Shown: positions 1-8,581 of the stretch, in pieces
Layout: every line of letters begins with the position of its first letter
Numbering within the stretch: position 1 is the stretch's first letter
DNA from: Pseudomonadota bacterium
GTDB lineage: Bacteria > Bdellovibrionota_B > Oligoflexia > Oligoflexales > CAIMVM01
Assembly: GCA_037142195.1 (NCBI GenBank)
Contig: JBAXBA010000082.1
Location: 1-16,132 of the forward strand
Direction of reading: 5' to 3'
DNA: 16,132 nucleotides
Translations under genes and position numbers: made by a program
The notes under the pieces: generated by a model
Database searches by the model: none
The model's input: only the letters and a program-made list of their open reading frames with translations
What the model was told of the DNA's origin: nothing

Positions 1-342
1 GCAATTACTGGTGGTAACATACCGTTTGCTCAAGTTTGCATAAGTTTTAGGTAAATAGCTTTAGCCCTTTTCCCTCGGCTAGAGCGGATGAATTTCAATT
101 TTGTTGATGATAAATTTATGAATTTGTTATTAGTTTCAGCTGGTTGAGCGGTGGGTTTAAAGGTTGAATGGCCAGAGGCTTGAAAAAAAAATTAGATCGA
201 TTTTTAAAAGACTCGGCCCATTCCTTGCTCTCCCTCGATCTTTCCTCATTTCCTAGGGCTTCATTTTTGGGTAAGAATATTGCCGAGTGGAAAATTCCTT
301 ACTTTTAAGAAAGGCCTTATGGGCAGGGCAGACGCTCTGTAG

Positions 343-1407
343 CTAGGGAAGTTCTTTTTGAAACCAACTGACGATGGTCGGACAAACTTGTCCGTTAGAG
401 GCACAGACGTTGCCACCAGAGTGACTCCCGCCACTTGCTTTGCGGTATAGAAGATTGTTTGTGGCAGTTCCTCCGCCGTCCGGCGCCGGATTTAAAAGAT
501 TCAGATACATTTCCTCGTACGCTCTAGGTCCATGGCATCCTGAGCGTTCACATGAGGAGGTAAAAATAGGCTTAGCCGTGCTATCAAAATAGGCTCTTCC
601 ATCAGGATTCTTTTTATAGACAGTAAATGTTTTAGGGCTATCGCCAAGGGATTTGCGGGAGCCGCCGATTACGGCATAGATATAAATGGTAACTTTGCCG
701 GATGCAGGGAGACTCGAAGCGATATTTAAAGCAAATCTATGATCACCAGCGACACCTCCCGCTGATCCTGTGGAGTTAGCTGTAGAACTCAACAAGGGTA
801 GTGAGCCTGTCGCATAGGGCGCCGTATAGACTTCTATAGGTACCTGCAAGGCTGGATTCGACTTGTTATAAGCAAAACCGTCAAGTTGCCCCGTTAAATC
901 TGTGCTTCGAATATATCCATATTCTGAGGAACTGGGAGGAGATCCAGGGTTGATCATGTCTTTAGGCAGGACACCAGATGGGCTTGAAGGTATCGAGCTC
1001 GCATAGAAAGTATTGGACCAGCTAACAAACGCACTGCAAGGCAATTCCGCAGATCCTTTGGGGCAGACGTTTCCACCCCCATGAGAGATTTGGTTTCGAA
1101 GTTTTTTAATGAGATCGCTTTCGCTGCTTGAGGTGCCTTTCTTCGCCAAGGCCTCGAGTGTGGTCGCCTTATATATGGAAGCTGGCCCACTGCCAGAACC
1201 GTCAGTCTTATGGCAGGAAGAACAATTACTATTTATAACGGGCAGTAAATTCGCCTCAAAATCTGCACTTGTCTTATTAGAATTAAGGTCCGGTCGGTTT
1301 TGATCTAGAGTAGAGGTGCCCGAGATTTTGCTGTTCTTGGCTATTTTGGTATCCTCACTCGAACAGGCAAGATAGACGATAGAAAACAGAAAAGGGAAGA
1401 TTTTCAT
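343..1407 (-). CDS. Putative lipoprotein with two c-type cytochrome-like domains (CxxCH and Cx4CH) separated by a Ser/Pro linker and a beta-rich domain
   Basis: Start moved from 1464 to ATG at 1407 because GGAGGT (1411-1416, minus strand) precedes it. N-terminus MKIFPFLFSIVYLAC looks like a lipoprotein signal. CSSCH at 1210-1224 and CERSGCH at 532-552; each is followed by SH(G/S)GGNVC-x6-8-C-x3-VSW. Confidence 0.75.
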   Translation of the reverse strand: MKIFPFLFSIVYLACSSEDTKIAKNSKISGTSTLDQNRPDLNSNKTSADFEANLLPVINSNCSSCHKTDGSGSGPASIYKATTLEALAKKGTSSSESDLIKKLRNQISHGGGNVCPKGSAELPCSAFVSWSNTFYASSIPSSPSGVLPKDMINPGSPPSSSEYGYIRSTDLTGQLDGFAYNKSNPALQVPIEVYTAPYATGSLPLLSSTANSTGSAGGVAGDHRFALNIASSLPASGKVTIYIYAVIGGSRKSLGDSPKTFTVYKKNPDGRAYFDSTAKPIFTSSCERSGCHGPRAYEEMYLNLLNPAPDGGGTATNNLLYRKASGGSHSGGNVCASNGQVCPTIVSWFQKELP

Positions 1408-1640
1408 AGGACCTCCTACACCTCTCAATTCGGCTTTATTTCCAGAAACTTGAGACAAAGTCAAAAACGGCGAGATTTCTATTTAGTTTCATGGGTTTAT
1501 TTGATAGATTTAGCGTCTATTTGCGAGTCGTTTATCCCATATTTATCTTCTTGTCGGGCTCGAACTTTGAGCTCTTTGAGCAGGAACCACAAGCTAGGTC
1601 GCAGGAGCGCTTCTTAATTTTACATTCATAAGGTTAAAGC

Positions 1641-2861
1641 ATGTCTAGAGACTCAAAGTCAGAACCCAAGAAACCTAGAGGTGAGGGGAAGCTTTTAAAT
1701 GAAAGAACCCAGGTCGTACATAATGAAAAACTGGCACTAGCGAAAGAAAATCATGCGTTAGTAAGTCCGACCTATACTTCCGTGAAATATTATTTTGAAA
1801 AGATGGAACAGGCTGAGAAGTTAGTGAAGGGAGAGCGAACGGGATTTCTTTATGGGAGAATTTTAAATCCTAGTGTGAGAGAGCTCGAATTGAATTTAGC
1901 ACGACTGCAAGGTACTGAAGATGGGTATTGCACGAGCTCAGGACTTGCTGCCATTAGCAATACTCTATGGGGCCTCCTTAGGTCAGGGGATCATCTTATT
2001 TATATGTGGCAAAGCTACAAGCCTACCCGAGGGCTTATTCACACTTTGGAAAATCGTTTTGGCATAGAGTCTACAAGAGTCTCTGTGCTTGATCATGAGA
2101 GTATCGAAAAAGCCATAGTGCCAGGAAAAACAAAGTTGATGATTTGGGAGTCGCCCACTAATCCCCAGCTAGAGATTGCGGATATGGAGTTTTTGACGAA
2201 TCTTTGCAAGAAATACTCGATCATTTCTGTTCTCGACAACACGTTTTCAGGCCTACATAATCATCGCCAATACGATGTAGACGTCTACATCCATAGCCTC
2301 ACGAAATTTGCTTCCGGCCATTCTGACGCGATGGGTGGTGCCGTTTTGGGAAGTACAGGTATGATCAATCGCATCCGCTGGGGGGCTTTTGAATTAGGCG
2401 ATAATTTTTCCCCAAGGGAAGCAGTAGCGATTTCAAAAGGTCTCAAAACCTACTTTCTCAGGTATGCAAAGTGTGCTGAAAATGCTCTTGAAATTGCCAA
2501 GTTTTTGAAAACTCTGCCAAAGGTAAAAAATGTACGTTATCCAGGTTTAGAAGACCACCCGAGACATGAATTGGCCAAAAAACAATTGAAAGAGTTTGGT
2601 GCGGTCATCATGTTTGATATCGAAGGGAATAAAAAGGACACTTATAGAGTCATTGACTCCCTGCAGCTTTTTAAAGCAGCTCCTAGTTTAGGGAGTGTGG
2701 AGAGCTTAGTGTTACCGGTAGATTTGTTTTTTTCAGGGTATCTCGATGAAGCCCAGACGAAGGCCTCAGGTTTAGGGGAATCAGGAATCAGGCTTTCGGT
2801 TGGCATTGAAGATGTGGAAGACCTAAAGAATGACCTTCGCCAGGCGATTGCTGGCGGCTAG
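1641..2861 (+). CDS. PLP-dependent trans-sulfuration enzyme (cystathionine gamma-synthase/lyase, Cys/Met metabolism family)
   Basis: Family motifs YGRILNPS, SSGLAAIS, ESPTNP, DNTF, HSLTKFASGHSD (PLP lysine), SLGSVESL, IRLSVGIED. Exact substrate specificity cannot be assigned from sequence. Confidence 0.93.
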   Translation: MSRDSKSEPKKPRGEGKLLNERTQVVHNEKLALAKENHALVSPTYTSVKYYFEKMEQAEKLVKGERTGFLYGRILNPSVRELELNLARLQGTEDGYCTSSGLAAISNTLWGLLRSGDHLIYMWQSYKPTRGLIHTLENRFGIESTRVSVLDHESIEKAIVPGKTKLMIWESPTNPQLEIADMEFLTNLCKKYSIISVLDNTFSGLHNHRQYDVDVYIHSLTKFASGHSDAMGGAVLGSTGMINRIRWGAFELGDNFSPREAVAISKGLKTYFLRYAKCAENALEIAKFLKTLPKVKNVRYPGLEDHPRHELAKKQLKEFGAVIMFDIEGNKKDTYRVIDSLQLFKAAPSLGSVESLVLPVDLFFSGYLDEAQTKASGLGESGIRLSVGIEDVEDLKNDLRQAIAGG

Positions 2862-2869
2862 CGGCAGGT

Positions 2870-3553
2870 TTAGTTTAAAACTTCTGCACTATGGAAAACT
2901 TCGGCACGAAAAGACAGGTCTGTGGTTGGAAGGTTAGAGGAATCAACGTCTAAAAATTGAACATTTCCTGTAAAAGTATCGTAATATGCTGAGCATAATA
3001 GAGTTTTACCGGTGAGTTCTCGCGACCTCAAGAATTCAGAATTCTGGCGAATATATTCTTTCCAATATTCAATATTGGCTTTTTCAGCTTTTGCTAAATC
3101 TAAGGGGTCCCCAGCTTTGCGTCTATATTTTGAAGCCATGCGAAGGCGACTAAAAAGAAGATCCATATGGGGGGAGTGTGACTTGGCGCTGGAATCGTGA
3201 GCAGCCGTAACAGCACCACAATTTTTATGCCCAATCAAAAGCACTAGGCCGATATCAAAGGAGTCTACGGCGAACTCAACACTTCCCAGTGAGCCGCCGT
3301 CCATACAATTTCCAGCGAGTCTAATGACAAATAAGTCACCAAGGCCAGCATCAAATACCTTTTCAATAGGAACACGGGAATCACTGCAGCCGATCATCAC
3401 AGCCCAGGGTTTCTGTCCGTCTTTTGCGAGAAGCTTTCTCGTATATTCTAGCTCAAGGGTTCGGTCGATTGTGGTGGCGTCGACAAAGCGCCGATTTCCA
3501 GCCTCTAGGCGCTTTAAAAGTTCATGGTGCGTAGCTCGGTAGTCTCTTGTCAA
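2870..3553 (-). CDS. Beta-class carbonic anhydrase
   Basis: Zn-binding motifs GCSDSRV and GHKNCGAV, plus LGDLFVIRLAGN and N-terminal LKRLEAGNRRFV. Start placed at TTG 3553, about 9 nt after GGGAGG; the TTG at 3562 directly abuts that RBS. Confidence 0.93.
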   Translation of the reverse strand: MTRDYRATHHELLKRLEAGNRRFVDATTIDRTLELEYTRKLLAKDGQKPWAVMIGCSDSRVPIEKVFDAGLGDLFVIRLAGNCMDGGSLGSVEFAVDSFDIGLVLLIGHKNCGAVTAAHDSSAKSHSPHMDLLFSRLRMASKYRRKAGDPLDLAKAEKANIEYWKEYIRQNSEFLRSRELTGKTLLCSAYYDTFTGNVQFLDVDSSNLPTTDLSFRAEVFHSAEVLN

Positions 3554-3801
3554 GGCTCTCAACCTCCCATCATGGCGCAGTACCCGTTTATCTGGTTACG
3601 GCAGGGGGACTTTTTCCCTAAGTCCCATCATAAAAGCAAGGTTTTTCTGCGAACAGTCTATAAACCAGTCGGTTGGGTCTAAAAATGAGACTGCAGAGTG
3701 CCGCAATCGGCCTGTTTGCTTAAGGGGGGCGGCTCGAACTGCACAATAATTATCAAGGATCGATGGATTTTAAATTGCTAACATCTGGGGAGAATCCTTT
3801 C

Positions 3802-3830
3802 TTGTGTAAAAATTCAGGTAAATGTATGGT
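3802..3830 (+). promoter_or_regulatory. Candidate sigma70 promoter for ilvE
   Basis: TTGTGT (3802-3807), 17-nt spacer, TATGGT (3825-3830), about 37 nt upstream of the ilvE start. Confidence 0.35.
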
Positions 3831-3866
3831 CTCAGTCTAAACTAAGTGTTCATGAAGGGGGGAAAC

Positions 3867-5015
3867 ATGACACGAGGACTTGCGACTGCAATTGATTTAC
3901 TGAGTCCACATCAGCGTCGGCGGCCAATGGGCATACACGACGAAATTCCATTTGGGCGGATTCCGACAAATCATATGTTTATATGCGACTATCTAAAATC
4001 CTATGGTGGTTGGCAAAGACCGCAAATTGTAGCGGTGCATAAATTTGAAATGGCTCCTTCGAGTATTGTCTTTCATTATGGACAAGAGATTTTTGAAGGA
4101 TTGAAGGCCTACTTTAACCCGGAGACTCCAGACAAGTTTCACCTCTTTAGGCATGACCGAAATGCAGCTAGAATGTTTCATTCCGCTCGACGTCTTGGGA
4201 TGGTTGAGGTGCCACACAGTCTCTTTATGACAGCAGTAGAAGAGCTTGTCCAAGTGGAATCGGAGTGGCTTCTTCCCGAACCTGGATCTTTGTATATCAG
4301 GCCAGCTCTCATTCCTCTTGATGAAGGAGTTTCCTATAGAGCCGGAGAAAACTATCGTTTTTTTGTAATATTGTCGCCAGCTAAAAACTATTATGGAAAA
4401 GAAGACTGTATCGCTATAAACATTGAGCGCGAATTCGTGAGGGCAGCACCTGGTGGCAGCGGTGAAGCTAAGTGTGGGGGCAACTATGCTTCTGCACTTC
4501 CAGGGTTGAGGAAAGCTCGAGCTAAAGGCGCGGATCAATGCTTATGGCTCGACGCTATTCATAGGACCTATGTTGAAGAAGTCGGAACTATGAATATAAT
4601 GTTTAGCTATGGAGCTAAAATCTTGACTCCCGAGCTCAATGGTTCGATTTTGCCCGGAGTAACGCGAGAAAGCCTTATAGAGCTTGCCCGCCATCTCGGT
4701 TATCAAGTTGAAGAAACAAAAATAGATATCCATGAGATTATAAACGATGCCAAATCCAAAAAATTGGATGAAGTCTTTGGTTGTGGAACTGCTGCTGTTG
4801 TAACTCCGGTTGGAGAGCTCATCGATGGTGATGAGCGCATCACAATTGGTAATGGAACGCCTGGTCCCATCGCTGCGAGGCTTAAGAATGAATTGGTCGG
4901 CATTCAAAATGGTAAATTAAAGGATATCTTTGGCTGGAGAAAAACTTTTGATATCAATCCCGCAATCCAAGCGATTTCAAAGTTTAGCTCCCCAGTCGAA
5001 TATGACTTTTGGTAG
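3867..5015 (+). CDS. ilvE: Branched-chain amino acid aminotransferase
   Basis: Motifs FHYGQEIFEGLKAY, SLYIRP, AKCGGNYA (PLP lysine), EEVGTMNI, ILPGVTR, FGCGTAAVV. ATG at 3867 follows AAGGGGGG. Confidence 0.95.
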   Translation: MTRGLATAIDLLSPHQRRRPMGIHDEIPFGRIPTNHMFICDYLKSYGGWQRPQIVAVHKFEMAPSSIVFHYGQEIFEGLKAYFNPETPDKFHLFRHDRNAARMFHSARRLGMVEVPHSLFMTAVEELVQVESEWLLPEPGSLYIRPALIPLDEGVSYRAGENYRFFVILSPAKNYYGKEDCIAINIEREFVRAAPGGSGEAKCGGNYASALPGLRKARAKGADQCLWLDAIHRTYVEEVGTMNIMFSYGAKILTPELNGSILPGVTRESLIELARHLGYQVEETKIDIHEIINDAKSKKLDEVFGCGTAAVVTPVGELIDGDERITIGNGTPGPIAARLKNELVGIQNGKLKDIFGWRKTFDINPAIQAISKFSSPVEYDFW

Positions 5016-5048
5016 TAGATAAATAGAATCTATAAGACACTCAAGCAA

Positions 5049-5092
5049 CTGCATTCTAAGACTTTACGTGGAGTCTTAGAATGCAGATTTTT
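5049..5092 (+). terminator. Rho-independent terminator after ilvE, possibly also serving the convergent gene
   Basis: Perfect 15-bp stem CTGCATTCTAAGACT (5049-5063) / AGTCTTAGAATGCAG (5072-5086) followed by ATTTTT, 33 nt after the ilvE stop and between convergent genes. Confidence 0.85.
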
Positions 5093-5193
5093 CGTTGAGC
5101 CTTAGAATCTCCGTGTTTTAACAGCGTGTCTTATGAAGCAAGTAATTCGTTGAAGAAATCCAGATGTTGTTTAACTCTAACAGTTAATAAAGA

Positions 5194-5733
5194 CTAAAAA
5201 GCTGTGGCTTTACAGGTGCCACGGATCGAATTGACTCCTTTGGGGAGGCCAATATTGCTTTTAGAAAATTCAAAATTGAGATGGTCGACTTCGCAAAGCG
5301 CAAAGGTACTTTCTTGATACAGGGCTACTTTTCCCTCGGGATTGAAAGCAGCAGAGAATTCAGCTCGTTCCCAAGTGTCCGTCTTTTTGTCTTTCAGATA
5401 ATCCATATTGATAGTGCCACCGGAGAGCGGCTCAAAATTGTCGGATTGAAGCTTAACTAAGTCGCCGCCAATGCTTAAAATCACAATTCCTTTTTTTAAG
5501 TCACTCGTATTAAACGTCTTGTTATAGGCTTTTCCTTTTATGTGAATCTGGTCGATGCTTTTGTTGTTTAAAAGGACTGACAAGTTGATTTCCATATTAA
5601 TATTAGTGTAGGCAATGGTTACCAGTTGCTCCACGGAGGCGGTTGTGAAACTCTCCTGAGAGGAATTCAAAGACTCATCAGCGAAAGAAACTGTTCCACT
5701 AAAAAGAGCCAGAAAAAGTAAGGTAGACTTCAT
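5194..5733 (-). CDS. Secreted hypothetical protein
   Basis: Sec-type signal MKSTLLFLALFSGTVSFA, RBS AGGAGA upstream, beta-rich body, two C-terminal-half cysteines. Confidence 0.8.
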   Translation of the reverse strand: MKSTLLFLALFSGTVSFADESLNSSQESFTTASVEQLVTIAYTNINMEINLSVLLNNKSIDQIHIKGKAYNKTFNTSDLKKGIVILSIGGDLVKLQSDNFEPLSGGTINMDYLKDKKTDTWERAEFSAAFNPEGKVALYQESTFALCEVDHLNFEFSKSNIGLPKGVNSIRGTCKATAF

Positions 5734-6196
5734 GGGATTCTCCTGTTGAAAGTGCTGTGATTTACTCCATTTGATTTTAGCTTAGCGGAAGATTAATGTA
5801 AAATTAACTTTTTTAGATTTTGAAGTTTGTCTTTACATAGGACTAAGGACGGGCGCTTAAATCTCATAGAGTTAAAGTGTCGCGGAGCCCTCATGAATTG
5901 CTAGAAATGGGAAATCTCAAGTGGAATTAGCGTCAAAGGGAACAGACGACCAGTGTCAGGTTGTCTTGTCTTCGATTGAATTTTCCTTTAGTTTTTCCAG
6001 TCAAAATAGAAGATATCACTGGGATGTGAAGTAGAACCACACATGGAATCCATCAGAATGTAAGAAAGTGTTTTTGAAAATTCAAAGCGAGACTCAGACG
6101 ATGTCAAAAAAGTCTTACGGAAACCTTATGGTATGGCTAGCCAAGAGGACTTCCTTGGGGAAGTTCCACATTTTTGTCAAGACGGAGACACTGTGA

Positions 6197-6799
6197 TTAG
6201 GGCTTCTTGTTTTTAACCACAGGATACTTTTGTGAGGCTTCAATTTCAGATTTCGCCCAATGCCAAAAAGCATTCTGAGCTTGTTCCTTGGCCAATTTCC
6301 AGAAGGGGAGATCGCCATAGACCATTTGGGCGTCTATTTGAGTGGTGCCGATTTCTGGCCAAATGGGGTGTGAAAATTTCTCATTGTCGTTTTCCGTCGC
6401 TATGACCCCCACGCCTTCTACGGGGGTTGTTGTTTTAGCGATAAAGACATCGAACGTACCAAAGTCTAACGTGCCGTTGTGATTTTCATCATGAAATATT
6501 GTGATATAGCTGGGATAGGATAGGTCTTTTAAAGTAATCGTCGTTGAGGATGATCCTAGGGCGGCATCGACGCATACCAGGCGTTCATCTGCAATTTCTT
6601 TGGTGATGGCTTCCATTCCATTGAGGCCAATCGCACAAATAGTGTGGGCGCCTTCTTTGGTTTCGGAACGGTCGATCCCCGAAATGTTTAATGTGACATT
6701 TCTGCCGGTCTTTCCAGTCAGGCCGAGGGGGTCGTCTTTTACTTGGGAATTTGTGCTTCGGCAGGAAACTAAAAAAACGCAGAAGAATAGAATTTTCAT
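6197..6799 (-). CDS. DUF2141-like lipoprotein
   Basis: Lipoprotein signal MKILFFCVFLVSC. YITIFHDENHNGTLDFG...PVEGVG matches the DUF2141-type HDENxNGxLD...PxEGxG pattern. RBS AGGAG overlaps the stop codon of the upstream gene. Confidence 0.75.
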   Translation of the reverse strand: MKILFFCVFLVSCRSTNSQVKDDPLGLTGKTGRNVTLNISGIDRSETKEGAHTICAIGLNGMEAITKEIADERLVCVDAALGSSSTTITLKDLSYPSYITIFHDENHNGTLDFGTFDVFIAKTTTPVEGVGVIATENDNEKFSHPIWPEIGTTQIDAQMVYGDLPFWKLAKEQAQNAFWHWAKSEIEASQKYPVVKNKKP

Positions 6800-6808
6800 C
6801 GTGGACTC

Positions 6809-7357
6809 CTAGGGGATTTGAAAGGTTAATTGTGAAGTATTATGGGCCATGTCTTGTGCTGTAACGGTCCAAGTACCAGGAGTAAATTCCTCTTTGGGGC
6901 ATCCACTAGACTGGGTCGTTTCATTGCGGCAAGTTATAGAATCGGGATCTAGATTTAAATCGGAGACGGACAGCTTGCCGTCTTCAAATGTGATTTCAGG
7001 ATAGACGGTATCTTTATAAATGGTCGCTTGGGTGGATTCTATGGGTTCATTCTGAGAATTTAGGAATCCGCTGATTAAAATAGTGACCTCCCCATCAAAA
7101 AATGAAGATCTGATGTCGCATTGGCCGTCTTCACCTAGCCCGACCGTAGAGCCATCATTTATCTCCATAAGGCCGCAGGTAAATGGCGATTGTCCGTTGA
7201 CCAGGACATCCACAATAAAATAGTCGCCCTTTAGATTCCAACTATAGGATGCAGTGCGTGCATCCTTGGCTCCAATCCAGGTCTCTCCCTGCCCGAAGCA
7301 AAATCCAGAAGTTAATAACCAAAATAGAATTGATATTGTCGCCAATTTCGTTTTCAT
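6809..7357 (-). CDS. Secreted hypothetical protein with C-terminal Ig-like module
   Basis: Signal peptide MKTKLATISILFWLLTSGFCFG. DTVYPEI...GTWTVTAQDMAHNTSQLTFQI resembles the bacterial Ig-like 'DT.P.I...TVTA.D.AGN' pattern. Only 9 nt from the next gene, so probably the same operon. Confidence 0.75.
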   Translation of the reverse strand: MKTKLATISILFWLLTSGFCFGQGETWIGAKDARTASYSWNLKGDYFIVDVLVNGQSPFTCGLMEINDGSTVGLGEDGQCDIRSSFFDGEVTILISGFLNSQNEPIESTQATIYKDTVYPEITFEDGKLSVSDLNLDPDSITCRNETTQSSGCPKEEFTPGTWTVTAQDMAHNTSQLTFQIP

Positions 7358-7840
7358 ATTCTTCTTACTCCCACAGAATGTGCAGGGGTTTCGGCGGGGA
7401 AAGAAAAATCCTTATAGAAATCTACATAAATAATTTATTTTGTCGTGATATTAGGTAGTTGCGGTCGCATTTAAATGACTTAAGGGGACCCGAAATAGGG
7501 TTTACTTACTCGTTTTAAAGCTTGGGTTCTAAGGATTACCTAGGGGCTACGGTTCTATTTAGCAGTGGTTTCAGCTCTATAGGGGGGACCATGGGGCTGG
7601 GTAGGATTTAATAATCTCTCTAAATAGATCCTAGCTAAAATAGGCCGCTTTTGATGAATGATCTCTAAAATGGGCCTCTAAAAATGCAAAGCTTGGTTTC
7701 GGAGCAGGCCTTGAAATTTAAGGCAATTGCTAGGTTAAGCGCCTACGAGAGCGTGGTGAGCGTGATACATAACAGATGACTATGAAAGGTTTTTTGAGTA
7801 TGATTTGCCCTTATTTATTAATTCAGGATGGGGAGCGAAA

Positions 7841-8488
7841 GTGAAATTTTTTATCGATACGGCTGATATAGGCGAAATTAAGGAAGCTCAGTCATTTGGG
7901 ATTCTTGACGGGGTTACTACCAATCCCAGTTTGGTGGCTAAAACTGGTCGAAACTATAAGACCGTCATCGAAGAAATTTGTGAGATTTGTCGTGGACCCA
8001 TTTCTGCAGAAGTTCTTTCCGTGGACTATGACGGGATGATGAAGGAGGCCAGAGAGTGGCAAAAAGTGGGACAAAATATTGTTGTGAAAATTCCTCTTAC
8101 GGAAGATGGGATTAAGGCTGTGGTGGCTTGCACCGCTGAAGGAATCAAAACCAATGTGACCCTTTGCTTCAGTGCCAATCAGGCTCTATTAGTGGCAAAA
8201 GCAGGCGCAACTTATGTCTCTCCATTTGTGGGACGACTTGATGATATAGGCCAAAATGGACTCGACGTGATTCGCGATATTCGGCAAATCTACTCTAATT
8301 ATAATTTTAGAACAGAAATTCTTGTGGCCTCGGTTAGAAATCCCATTCATCTCTTGGATGCGGCTAAAGTGGGAGCCGATGTGTCTACTATTCCCCTATC
8401 CGTATTGAAGCAACTAGTAAAACATCCTCTCACGGATATCGGCTTAGCTAAGTTTGTCGAGGATTCCAAAAAGATTCCTAAATCTTAA
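7841..8488 (+). CDS. tal: Transaldolase (small FSA-like/TalC-type family)
   Basis: GTG start at 7841 after GGGGAG gives MKFFIDTAD. Motifs [13 protein letters not shown] (Schiff-base Lys), TNVTLCFS. Glu in PISAEV and Phe in YVSPFVGR are the transaldolase-type residues, where FSA has Gln and Tyr. Confidence 0.93.
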   Translation: MKFFIDTADIGEIKEAQSFGILDGVTTNPSLVAKTGRNYKTVIEEICEICRGPISAEVLSVDYDGMMKEAREWQKVGQNIVVKIPLTEDGIKAVVACTAEGIKTNVTLCFSANQALLVAKAGATYVSPFVGRLDDIGQNGLDVIRDIRQIYSNYNFRTEILVASVRNPIHLLDAAKVGADVSTIPLSVLKQLVKHPLTDIGLAKFVEDSKKIPKS

Positions 8489-8581
8489 TGGGTTTTTCAA
8501 ATCATGCTTTGTTTGTATTCCTAGGATCCCCGTTTCGAACCTGGTTTTTAGATTTATAGGTCAGACTCTATCGGAGAAAAA

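Noticed and set aside
1..60. AATTACTGGTGGTAAC resembling a T-box antiterminator core
   Set aside because: It is at the window edge, no terminator/antiterminator pairing is visible, and no amino-acid gene follows on that strand.
1408..1464. 19-aa N-terminal extension of the cytochrome-like ORF
   Set aside because: The ATG at 1407 has a strong RBS and directly begins a signal peptide.
2870..3553. COS/CS2 hydrolase rather than carbonic anhydrase, given the adjacent sulfur enzyme
   Set aside because: Those enzymes are clade D beta-CAs with CMDxR; this protein has the ordinary CSDSR motif, and the two genes are convergent.
7841..8488. Fructose-6-phosphate aldolase (fsa)
   Set aside because: The Glu and Phe at the diagnostic positions indicate transaldolase activity.
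8489..8581. T-box or attenuator leader for ileS
   Set aside because: Only 93 nt long, with no T-box motif, terminator hairpin or Ile-rich leader peptide.
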